64,000 nt of DNA from an uncultured Trueperaceae bacterium. Lineage in GTDB: Bacteria; Deinococcota; Deinococci; Deinococcales; Trueperaceae. Of the stretch, positions 30,039-38,912 are shown piece after piece; the first letter of the stretch is position 1; each line of letters begins with the position of its first letter. The stretch is taken from positions 800,001-864,000 of the forward strand of contig CAWFFU010000003.1 in the NCBI GenBank assembly GCA_963815215.1. The letters run 5' to 3'. The notes beneath the pieces were generated by a model that was given only the letters and a program-made list of their open reading frames with translations, made no database searches and was not told where the DNA came from. The translations under genes were made by a program, and so were the position numbers.

Positions 30039-31049
30039 ATGCCGGGGTTCGACGACCTCCTCAATTTCGTGCTCAAGGCCACCAACGTGGCCCCCAGCTA
30101 CAGCGCCGACCGGTGCATCGCCGTCACACAGTCGAGCACCGCCTGCCACGCCTGCGTCGCCGCCTGTCCCCATTACGCCGTGAAGCTCGGACGCGAGGTC
30201 GAGATCGACCCCGTCGACTGCACCGGCTGCGGCCTGTGCGTACAGGTGTGCCCCTCACAGGCGTTGGAGCCGCGCGTCAGCTACGAGCCGGGGACCTCGG
30301 TGCGCTGCTCGCAGGTCGAGGGGAGCGCGCAGAGCGTGCTCTGCCTGGGCCGCCTGCAGGCCACCGACGTCGTGCGGCTCGCCGCACGGCACGGGGATGT
30401 GACGCTGGCCCACGGTGACTGCGCCGACTGCCCGATCGGGGTGCCGCAGATCCTGGACGGCCTCGCCGAGGCGGTCCAGGACGCGCGCGCGCTCGTCGCT
30501 CAGCACGGTCGGACCATCACCGTGCGGGTCGAGCGCCGCGACAGCCTCGAGCAGGACCGCGCTCCCGCCGGCGTGAGCCGGCGCGCGCTGCTCACGGGCG
30601 GCCTGCGCAACGTACGGCGTTCGGCCGTAGGTGCTCTGGCGCCGTTGGAGACACTACTGCGGGTGAAGGACGACCCCGACGAGCCTACGCCGCTCCCCCG
30701 CGAGTTGCAGCGGCGCTTCCGCGTGCTGGAGCTCGCCCGCCCGGATCCCGAGGATCGGGTGCCGTGGCGGCTTCCACGAGTCGACGACGGCTGCATCATG
30801 TGCCCGGTCTGCACGCGCGTGTGCCCGACCGATGCCTTCTCCCGCGAGTTCGAGCCAGCGGACGGCGGGCAACCGGTGTTGCGACTCGAGCCCGAGCGCT
30901 GCCTCGATTGCGACGCCTGCGTGCAGGCCTGCCCCGTCAAGGTCATCCACATGGACGATGAGGTCCACTGGGGCGAGGTCTCCGGCGGCACCGTGGAGGC
31001 GCACCGGAGCGCCGAGAACGACGGTCCTCAGGGCAGCGTCTACCGCTGA
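30039..31049 (+). CDS. 4Fe-4S polyferredoxin-like protein
   Basis: Four CxxCxx(x)C..CP-type clusters plus a central CSQV/LCLG/CADC domain. Confidence 0.88.
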   Translation: MPGFDDLLNFVLKATNVAPSYSADRCIAVTQSSTACHACVAACPHYAVKLGREVEIDPVDCTGCGLCVQVCPSQALEPRVSYEPGTSVRCSQVEGSAQSVLCLGRLQATDVVRLAARHGDVTLAHGDCADCPIGVPQILDGLAEAVQDARALVAQHGRTITVRVERRDSLEQDRAPAGVSRRALLTGGLRNVRRSAVGALAPLETLLRVKDDPDEPTPLPRELQRRFRVLELARPDPEDRVPWRLPRVDDGCIMCPVCTRVCPTDAFSREFEPADGGQPVLRLEPERCLDCDACVQACPVKVIHMDDEVHWGEVSGGTVEAHRSAENDGPQGSVYR

Positions 31050-31117
31050 GACAGCTGTTTACACTGCTCGGGTCGACACGCCCCGGAAGGTGGTCGTGGC
31101 GGGGCGTACACTGACCC

Positions 31118-31360
31118 ATGACGGTGGACGATTGGGTATTCGAGGCGGTGGAGGCGTCGGGCCCCAAGGGCGCGACGTTGCGCGAAGTACAGCGCTACAT
31201 CGACGAGAAGCACTTCGAGGAGCTAGCCGTCGACACGATCGAATCGTCCCTGGCCTCGCTCGTCGGGCAGGGGCGTTTGAGCCACGATGGGGCCCGCTTC
31301 GGCGTGGTTGAGCGCACCAGCAAGGAAGACGCCCTCAAGAAGCTGTTCGGCGACGGCTGA
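31118..31360 (+). CDS. Small hypothetical protein, possibly winged-helix
   Basis: Typical codon usage; ATG 5 nt after TACACT. Confidence 0.7.
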   Translation: MTVDDWVFEAVEASGPKGATLREVQRYIDEKHFEELAVDTIESSLASLVGQGRLSHDGARFGVVERTSKEDALKKLFGDG

Positions 31361-31396
31361 TCCGTCGCTGCATCCACGACCCGCTTTGGAGGCACG

Positions 31397-32587
31397 ATGA
31401 CGACTCCCGCCAGGCCGGCCTCGGCCGTGTCCCTCGCCGACTTCTACGAGCTCGACGCGCTCTACGACCCGGAGGAGCGCATGATCCGCGACAGCGTCCG
31501 CGACTTCGTCCGCAGCGAGATCGTGCCCCACGTCGCCGACTGGTGGCGCGAGGACGCCTTCCCCGCCGATCTCCCCCGGCGCTTCGGCGCCCTCGGCATG
31601 CTCGGCGTCACGCTGCCCGAGCGCTACGGCGGTTCGGAAGCGTCCTACACGGCGTACGGCTTGATCAACCGCGAGTTGGAGTACGCCGACTCGGGGATGC
31701 GGTCGTTCGTGAGCGTGCAGTCGAGCCTGGTGATGTACCCCATCCACCGCTACGGCTCGGAGGCGCTGCGCAAGCGCTGGTTGCCGTTGCTGGCCAGCGG
31801 TGAAGCCGTCGGCTGCTTCGGCCTCACCGAGCCGGACGCTGGGAGCGATCCCGGCGCGATGCGCACGCGGGTCCGCAAGGTCGGTGACGAGTACGTCCTC
31901 AACGGGGTGAAGCGTTGGATCACCAACGGCTCGCGTGCGCACGTGGCCGTCGTATGGGCGCGGGACGAGGCGTCTGGCGAGGTCCTCGGGTTCGCCGTCG
32001 ACACCGCACACGACGGCTTCCAGGCAGTCGACATCAAGACCAAGGCGTCGATGCGGGCCTCGGTGACCTCGGAGCTCTACCTCGACGACGTGGTGGTCCC
32101 GGCCGCCGACAGGCTCGAAGTGACGGGCCTCAAAGGCGCGTTGAGCTGCCTCAACCAGGCCCGCTTCGGGATCGCCTATGGCGTGCTCGGCGCCGCACAG
32201 GCCTGTTTCGACGAGGTCACGGCGTACGTTGCCGACCGCCCCAGCTTCGGCGAGCCGTTGGCCGCCAAGCAGATCGTTCAGGAGCGTCTCGCCGATATGC
32301 TGGCGGACATCACCAAAGGGAGTCTGCTGGCGTACCAGCTGGGTCGCCTCAAGGAGAAGGGGGGCGACCGTCCGTCGCGCGTCTCGCTCGCCAAGCGCGA
32401 CAACGTCCGCGCCGCGCTTGCGGTGGCGCGTGCGGCACGTGACCTGCTGGGCGGCAACGGGATCACCACCGAATACGCCAGCATCCGGCACATGCTCAAC
32501 CTGGAGACGGTCGCGACCTACGAGGGCACCGACACCGTGCACACGCTGGTTCTTGGGCGGGAGATCACCGGCACGAACGCATTCTGA
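31397..32587 (+). CDS. Acyl-CoA dehydrogenase (glutaryl-CoA dehydrogenase-like)
   Basis: RSFVSVQSSL, GCFGLTEPDAGSDP, KRWITNG, TYEGT. Confidence 0.93.
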   Translation: MTTPARPASAVSLADFYELDALYDPEERMIRDSVRDFVRSEIVPHVADWWREDAFPADLPRRFGALGMLGVTLPERYGGSEASYTAYGLINRELEYADSGMRSFVSVQSSLVMYPIHRYGSEALRKRWLPLLASGEAVGCFGLTEPDAGSDPGAMRTRVRKVGDEYVLNGVKRWITNGSRAHVAVVWARDEASGEVLGFAVDTAHDGFQAVDIKTKASMRASVTSELYLDDVVVPAADRLEVTGLKGALSCLNQARFGIAYGVLGAAQACFDEVTAYVADRPSFGEPLAAKQIVQERLADMLADITKGSLLAYQLGRLKEKGGDRPSRVSLAKRDNVRAALAVARAARDLLGGNGITTEYASIRHMLNLETVATYEGTDTVHTLVLGREITGTNAF

Positions 32588-32620
32588 GGCGCGCCGGCGG
32601 AGTCCCTGCCGGAGCGCCGC

Positions 32621-32938
32621 TCAGCGCAGCACGACGACTGCGAGCGCCAGCAGGGCGACCATGGCGAGCGCCCGCACGGCGTGGAAGCGCCACACCACCC
32701 GGCCGAGCACCAGGCGCGCGTTGAGGTAGGACGCGAGCCAGCTGAGCCCGAGCCCGACGGCGAGGATCCAGGACGCGAAGTGCAGGCCGTAGCCCAGGGC
32801 CACCGCCGCTACCACCAGGACCACGGCGCTCAGCAGGAACAGACGGGACACCCGCGGCTTGCGACGACTCACCGCCCACGCCCCGAAGGCGTTGACGGCC
32901 ACCACGCCCAGCACCACCACCATGAGCACGACCGGCAC
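32621..32938 (-). CDS. Small hypothetical membrane protein
   Basis: 105 aa, about 4 hydrophobic segments; directly follows the upstream ORF. Confidence 0.65.
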   Translation of the reverse strand: MPVVLMVVVLGVVAVNAFGAWAVSRRKPRVSRLFLLSAVVLVVAAVALGYGLHFASWILAVGLGLSWLASYLNARLVLGRVVWRFHAVRALAMVALLALAVVVLR

Positions 32939-32941
32939 GGA

Positions 32942-33832
32942 TCAGTCTACCGGCGTCACCAACAGGCTGTCGACGGGGTCGGCGCTGCCCAGGACATCCT
33001 GCAGGTAGCGCACCTCGAGCGGCTTGCGCAGCAGCGCGCGCAGGCGGTCGGCCAGCCAGGCATCGGCGCCCGAGCCGCGATCGGCCAGGAACCGGATCTG
33101 GCTCACGCCGCCCCGGCGATCGAACAGCCTGGCCGCCCCCAGCACCTCCGCGTCGGTCGGTGCGAGCGCCTCGTCGAGCCGCGACGCCTCCTCCAACAGC
33201 TTTCCCGGATCGAATCTGTGCTGCGCCACGACATGGTCCCCCTCGTCTGCCACCCACCCGGCCAGCGCGTCGGTCAGGATCCAGGGCTGGCCGACCAGCC
33301 CGACGGTCCGCCGCTCACCGGGGAGGAGCGTCCAGCGGGGCGCCGTCAGCCGGGGCGGTCTGGCCTCCGCGCGGCGCCGCGCCCAGATGCGGCGCACGGC
33401 ATGGGCATCGTGCAGCAGGTTCTGCAGGGCGGTGACTACGGTCCCCTCGATGCCGGGCCCGAGCGAAGCCGGCACCGGCACCAGCGGCGGCAGGCCGGCC
33501 ACGGCCGCGCGCAGGGCATCGGGGAAGTCCGCGATCCACGGGTCCGCGCCGCCGCCGCGGGCGAGCCGACCGGCGGCGGCCTCGTCGCCTCCGCCGGCGC
33601 GGGCGTGGAGGTCGGGCACCAGTAGCACGTCGGCGTCGCCCAGCGCCACGGCCTGCGCCGCCGCCAGCCGGAAAGCGATCGGCTCGATCGCCGCCACGCG
33701 GGCGTCGGTCAGCGCTTCTCGCACTCCGTCGGCATCGGCGACCCGGCCGTCGGCACCGGCATCGCGCACCAGGTGCATCCACAGCGCGCCGTAGCGCGAC
33801 CAGAGCAATTGAGTAACGAAACCTACCTGCAC
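32942..33832 (-). CDS. Hypothetical protein, distantly resembling DUF2229 / acyl-CoA dehydratase activase-related domains
   Basis: VGFVTQLLWSRYGALW, TVGLVGQPWIL; start 8 nt after TAGACT; family call is weak. Confidence 0.55.
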   Translation of the reverse strand: MQVGFVTQLLWSRYGALWMHLVRDAGADGRVADADGVREALTDARVAAIEPIAFRLAAAQAVALGDADVLLVPDLHARAGGGDEAAAGRLARGGGADPWIADFPDALRAAVAGLPPLVPVPASLGPGIEGTVVTALQNLLHDAHAVRRIWARRRAEARPPRLTAPRWTLLPGERRTVGLVGQPWILTDALAGWVADEGDHVVAQHRFDPGKLLEEASRLDEALAPTDAEVLGAARLFDRRGGVSQIRFLADRGSGADAWLADRLRALLRKPLEVRYLQDVLGSADPVDSLLVTPVD

Positions 33833-33905
33833 GGCTGCGAAGTCTAGCACGCGCCGCGGCGTCCGGGAGGCGGCCGGCGGCCAGCCCCTCGATGGAGCCG
33901 GGCGC

Positions 33906-36194
33906 TCATGCCCGGACCGTCGTCGTCGCCGCCATCTCGAGGCGCAGCAGCAGGGCGTCGGCCAGCTTCCGCGCCGCCCGCTTGTCGAGGAACTGGTTGC
34001 CGTTCCCGCACTTCGGGGACAACACGCAACGAGGGCACCCACTCTCGCACGGGCAATCCCGGAGCAGGTCGCGGGCGGCGGTGAGCCACGTCCTGAACTG
34101 CGTGGCGCCGGCCCGGGCGTAGCCCACGCCGCCCGGATAGCCGTCGTAGATGAAGACGGTGCTCTCCCCGGTGGGCGGATAGCTCGGGTACGACACCCCG
34201 CCGACATCGGCGCGCTCGCACAGCACGAACGCCGGCAGCAGGCCGATGAGGGTGTGCTCGAGCGCGTGAAGCGCGCCCGGAAGCTCGTCGGCGCGTACGG
34301 CGTCCTCGACCTCCCGCGCGCTGAACCACAGCGCCTGGGTGGGATAGCTCAGCTCCGGCAGGTCGAGCGCGCGCTCGTCGAGGACCTGCCCGGACAGGTA
34401 GCGCTTGCGCACGAAGCTCGTGATCGCCGTGCTCACGCGCACGCGCCCCACCTGCACGCCGGCCGGGAGCGGGGTGCGCTCGGCCCCGCGCACGGAGGCC
34501 GGCAGGACCTCGATGTCAGTCTCGGAGCGGGGCTGCGTGTAGAAGTCCTCGATGTGCGGCAGGAGCTCCGCCAGCCCCCGGTCCAGGTCGAGCCGCACGA
34601 CCAGGTAGGGCTCGCCCTGGTGAAGGTAGACGGCGCCGGGGTGGAGCTCGCGCAGGGCGGTCGCCAGGTCGGCCGTGCCCAGCGAGCGCCCACCGGCGTC
34701 CTTGAGGCGGATCATGCGGTCGCCGCCGCCCCGGATTCGGACCCGACGGTGCGGATAGCGCCCCAGGTGCGTCCAGCCGCCCTCGATGCGGTGCAGCCCA
34801 GGCACGCCCCCCAGCGCCAGCGACGGGTCGACCACTCCGCGTTCGTCGTCGCGCAGCACCCGTTCGGCCGCCGCGCAGGCCACATGCAACGGGTGGAGCT
34901 CGCTGTTGAACGGATCGGCCACGGCGTCCTCGACGCGCCCTTCGGTGAGTAGCTCGGGATGGTGGAGGTAGTACTCATCGAGCGGATCGTTCCCCGGGAT
35001 CAGGAGCGTCAGGGCACGGCGTCCCTCGCGCCCGGCACGGCCGGAGCGCTGCCACAGCGCCATCTTGGAGCCCGGGTAGCCCACCAGCACGACCGCGTCC
35101 ACACCGCCGATGTCCATGCCGAGCTCGAGGGCGCTGGTGGCCGTCAGGACCCGGATGTCACCGCTCTTGAAGCCCTGCTCGATCAACCGCCGGTCCTCGG
35201 TGCTGTAGCCGGCCCGGTAGCTCTGCAGCAGGGGCACCTCCTCACCACGGAGGTGCCCGCTGGCGTAGCGGCGCAGGAGCTCCGCCACCTTGCGCGAGTT
35301 GCAGAAGAAGATGCTCTTGACGTCGCGGCGCACGAAGGCTGCGGCCAGCTCGGCCGCTTCGGTAGTCGCGCTGCGCCGCCGCGTGGCGGCGCCGGGCCCG
35401 CCGACCTGGGTCGGACGCCACAGGATGAACTCGCGGGCGCCGCGCGGGGCGTCGTCCTCCTCCACCAGCACGAAGGGCTCGCCGCTCAACGCCTCGGCGT
35501 GCTCGAGCGGGTTGCCGATGGTGGCGCTGGCGGCCACCAGGCGCGGCTCGGCCCCGTAGTGCCGGGCGATCCTCAACAGGCGCCGGACGATATTGGCGAC
35601 GTGGGTGCCGAGCACCCCTCGATAGCTGTGCAGCTCGTCCAGCACGATCGTGTCGAGCGCCGCCAGGAAGCGCGCCCAGCGTGCATGGTAAGGCAGCATC
35701 CCGTAGTGCAGCATGTCGGGATTGGTCAGCGCGCAGCGCGCTTCCTCGCGCACCGCGGCGCGCAGCGACGACGGCGTGTCGCCGTCGTAACTGGCGATGG
35801 CACCCTCTCCCAGCTCGAGCCCGAGCCGCCCGGCCATGGTCCGCAGTCGACCGAGCTGGTCGTGCGCGAGGGCCTTCGTCGGGTACAGGTAGAGGCTGGT
35901 CCCGCCCTCCGCGGCCGCGTCCAGCGTCGGGAGCTGGTACACCAGCGATTTCCCCGACGCCGTGGGCGTCGCCACCACCACGTTGCGCCGCGCCTCGACC
36001 AGAGCCAGCGCGCGCGCCTGGTGGCCGTAGGCCGCCAACCCGAGCGCGGCCAGCCGGCCTTGGTAGCGACCGGCGTAGCCTTCGTCGGTATGCCCGGTGC
36101 GCGGCGGGAAGAAGGCGTACGAGGCGACCTGATCCTGGTAGCCCTCGAGCCCCGTCAGCAGGGCATGGAAGCTCTCGTCACGGTGCCTCGCCAC
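33906..36194 (-). CDS. DEAD/DEAH-box helicase with DUF1998 Zn domain (Hrq1/MrfA/SftH-like)
   Basis: TPTASGKS, YPTKALAHDQ, LDELH, SAT, TSALELGMDIG, QRSGRAGR, IYDGYPGGVG, CPCESGCPRC. Confidence 0.92.
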   Translation of the reverse strand: MARHRDESFHALLTGLEGYQDQVASYAFFPPRTGHTDEGYAGRYQGRLAALGLAAYGHQARALALVEARRNVVVATPTASGKSLVYQLPTLDAAAEGGTSLYLYPTKALAHDQLGRLRTMAGRLGLELGEGAIASYDGDTPSSLRAAVREEARCALTNPDMLHYGMLPYHARWARFLAALDTIVLDELHSYRGVLGTHVANIVRRLLRIARHYGAEPRLVAASATIGNPLEHAEALSGEPFVLVEEDDAPRGAREFILWRPTQVGGPGAATRRRSATTEAAELAAAFVRRDVKSIFFCNSRKVAELLRRYASGHLRGEEVPLLQSYRAGYSTEDRRLIEQGFKSGDIRVLTATSALELGMDIGGVDAVVLVGYPGSKMALWQRSGRAGREGRRALTLLIPGNDPLDEYYLHHPELLTEGRVEDAVADPFNSELHPLHVACAAAERVLRDDERGVVDPSLALGGVPGLHRIEGGWTHLGRYPHRRVRIRGGGDRMIRLKDAGGRSLGTADLATALRELHPGAVYLHQGEPYLVVRLDLDRGLAELLPHIEDFYTQPRSETDIEVLPASVRGAERTPLPAGVQVGRVRVSTAITSFVRKRYLSGQVLDERALDLPELSYPTQALWFSAREVEDAVRADELPGALHALEHTLIGLLPAFVLCERADVGGVSYPSYPPTGESTVFIYDGYPGGVGYARAGATQFRTWLTAARDLLRDCPCESGCPRCVLSPKCGNGNQFLDKRAARKLADALLLRLEMAATTTVRA

Positions 36195-36466
36195 GCTCGT
36201 GAGCGTACCGCGGCGCGTGGCGACCGGGAGGACGTGCGGGCACGACGCCGGGCCTGTTCGAGTCGGGGCCGGTGGTACACTCCCAGGGACTCGCAGGCGC
36301 CGCTGGCGGGCACCGCCCGGCGCGATCCATGCCGTCGGCGACCACCGCTTCGTGGCCGGCCCGCGGCCCGCGCTCGTTCGTGGCCCGGGGTCCGACACGG
36401 CGCCTTGCCGGGACGATCCTCGGGCCAGCAACAGCCGAGCGTCCGTCCCTATGTTCGGAGGTACGC

Positions 36467-37681
36467 ATGAAGGTCTTCGTTCTCGGTGGTGACGGCTTCT
36501 GCGGCTGGCCCACCAGCCTACACCTCAGCAAACTCGGACACGACATCACCATCATCGACAACCTCAGCCGCCGCAACATCGACAACGAACTCGAAGCCGG
36601 CAGCCTCACCCCCATCCAACCCATGGGCACACGCCTGAAGGCCTGGCAACAGGTCAGCGGCAACACCATCGACTACGAACGCCTCGACATCGCCGACAAC
36701 TACCACCGGCTCCTCACCCTCATCCAAGACCAACGGCCCGACGCCATCATCCACTTCGCCGAACAACGCGCCGCGCCCTACAGCATGAAAAGCAGCTGGC
36801 ACAAGCGCTACACCGTCAACAACAACCTCAACGCCACCCACAACACCCTCGCCGCCATCGTCGAAGCCAACACCGACACCCACCTCATCCACCTCGGCAC
36901 CATGGGCGTCTACGGCTACGGCACCGCCGGCATGAAGATCCCCGAAGGCTACCTCCCCATCGAAGTCACCACCGACGAAGGCGACAAATCCACCAGGAGA
37001 TCCTCTACCCCCCCAACCCCGGCAGCATCTACCACCTCACCAAGACCCAGGACCAACTCTTCTTCGCCTACTACGCCAAGAACGACGGCCTACGCATCAC
37101 CGACCTCCACCAAGGCATCGTCTGGGGCACCAACACCCCCGACACCCTCCAAGACGAACGCCTCATCAACCGCTTCGACTACGACGGCGACTACGGCACC
37201 GTCCTCAACCGCTTCCTCATGCAAGCCGCCGTCAACTACCCCCTCACCGTCCACGGCACCGGCGGACAGACCCGCGCCTTCATCCACATCCGCGACACCG
37301 TCAGATGCCTCCAACTCGCCCTCGAGAACCCCCCCGACAAAGGCGAACGCGTCAAGATCCTCAACCAGATGACCGAAACCCACCGCGTCCGCGACCTCGC
37401 CCAACTCGTCGCCCAACAAACCGGCGCCACCATCGAGAACGTCCCCAACCCCCGCAAAGAAGACGCCGAGAACGACCTCCACGTCCACAACGACCTCTTC
37501 CTCGACCTCGGCCTCCAACCCACCACCCTCCAACAAGGCCTCCTCGAAGAAGTCACCACCATCGCCAAGAAATACGCGCCAGCGCGCCAACCTCGACAAG
37601 ATCCCCTGCACCAGCACCTGGACCCGCAACCAACACGCCGGAACACCCCACAGCACCAAGAAGACGCCAGAAACGGCGTAA
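36467..37681 (+). pseudogene. sqdB: UDP-sulfoquinovose synthase with two apparent frameshifts (about 36988 and 37578); may be assembly errors
   Basis: GGDGFCGWP, HFAEQRAAPYSMKS, HLGTMGVYGY; shifted frame gives PGSIYHLTK, RITDLHQGIVWG, RFDYDGDYGTVLNRF; original frame resumes for LDKIPCTSTW...TAA. Confidence 0.9.
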
Positions 37682-37736
37682 GCCCCGACCACCGGAGGCA
37701 CCCGCCGGACGACCCCCGGCGCCCGCACCCCGCCCC

Positions 37737-38882
37737 ATGCGCATCGCCTTCTTCACGGAAACGTTCCTGCCCAAGATCGACGGGGTGGTCACCCGTCTCG
37801 TGCGCACGCTCGAGCAGCTCGGACAGCTGGGCCACGAGGCGCTGATCTTCGCGCCCCACAACCCTCCCGAGGCGTACGCGGGGCACCGGGTGGTGCGGGT
37901 GCCCGGCGTCCCCTTCAGGCCCTGGTACCCCGAGCTCTTCCTGGGACTGCCCCGACCGCGCCTGGGCCGGGAGCTCGACCGATTCCAGCCCGACATCGTC
38001 CACGTCATCAACCCGGTTGTGCTCGGCCTGTGGGGTACCGCCATCGCCAAGCAGCGCAACCTGCCGCTGCTCGCCAGTTACCACACCGACATCACCCAGT
38101 ACGCCGAGGCGCTGCGACTCCGCTTCCTATCCGAACCGTCGCGCATCTTCCTTCGCGACGTCCACAACCAGGCCCACGTCAACCTGTGCACGAGCGGACC
38201 CATGGTCAACTCGGCGCGCGGCCTGGGCATCCGGCGCGTGCGGCTGTGGCCCAAGGCGGTCGACACCGAGCTGTACCACCCGGGCAAGCGTTCCCACGCC
38301 ATGCGGGTTCGCCTCACCGACGGACACCCGGACGAACCGCTGATGGTCTACGTTGGCAGGCTGTCGTTCGAGAAGCGGCTCGACTGGCTGTACGCGCCGG
38401 TCACCCAACTCCCCAACGTGAGACTGGCTCTGGTCGGCTCGGGGCCGGCCGAGTCGGTCCTGCGCGAGCGTTTCAAGGGCACGCGCACGGTGTTCACCGG
38501 CTACATGTCGGGCACGGAGCTGGCGGCGGCGTACGCGACGGCCGACGTCTTCGCGTTCCCGTCGGACACGGAGACGCTCGGATTCGTCGCGATGGAGGCG
38601 ATGGCGTCCGGGGTGCCACCCGTGGGAGCCCGCGCCGGAGGCATCCCCGACGTGATCCGCGACGGGGATACCGGCCTGATGTTCACGCCCGGCGACCTAG
38701 GGGACCTCACCGAGAAGCTCGCCGTGCTGCTGACCGATCCCGCGCTGCGCGATCGCCTCGGTGCCGCAGCCCGCCGGGACATGGAGCGCTACGGCTGGCG
38801 GTCGGCCACCGAAGGCCTGGTTGACTTCTACCGGCTCGCAGTGCGGGTGCGCGACCGGTTCGACCCGCCCAGCGCCGCCTGA
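37737..38882 (+). CDS. sqdX: GT4 glycosyltransferase, SQDG synthase-like
   Basis: MRIAFFTETFLPKIDGVVTRL, ASYHT, VGRLSFEK, ETLGFVAMEAMASG; adjacent to sqdB. Confidence 0.85.
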   Translation: MRIAFFTETFLPKIDGVVTRLVRTLEQLGQLGHEALIFAPHNPPEAYAGHRVVRVPGVPFRPWYPELFLGLPRPRLGRELDRFQPDIVHVINPVVLGLWGTAIAKQRNLPLLASYHTDITQYAEALRLRFLSEPSRIFLRDVHNQAHVNLCTSGPMVNSARGLGIRRVRLWPKAVDTELYHPGKRSHAMRVRLTDGHPDEPLMVYVGRLSFEKRLDWLYAPVTQLPNVRLALVGSGPAESVLRERFKGTRTVFTGYMSGTELAAAYATADVFAFPSDTETLGFVAMEAMASGVPPVGARAGGIPDVIRDGDTGLMFTPGDLGDLTEKLAVLLTDPALRDRLGAAARRDMERYGWRSATEGLVDFYRLAVRVRDRFDPPSAA

Positions 38883-38912
38883 ACCGGCACGCCGGTCCCG
38901 CGTCGCCTCCGA

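Noticed and set aside
33906..36194. DUF1998 helicase as part of a DISARM or Druantia defence system
   Set aside because: Stand-alone Hrq1/MrfA-type architecture with no methylase, PLD nuclease or partner helicase adjacent.
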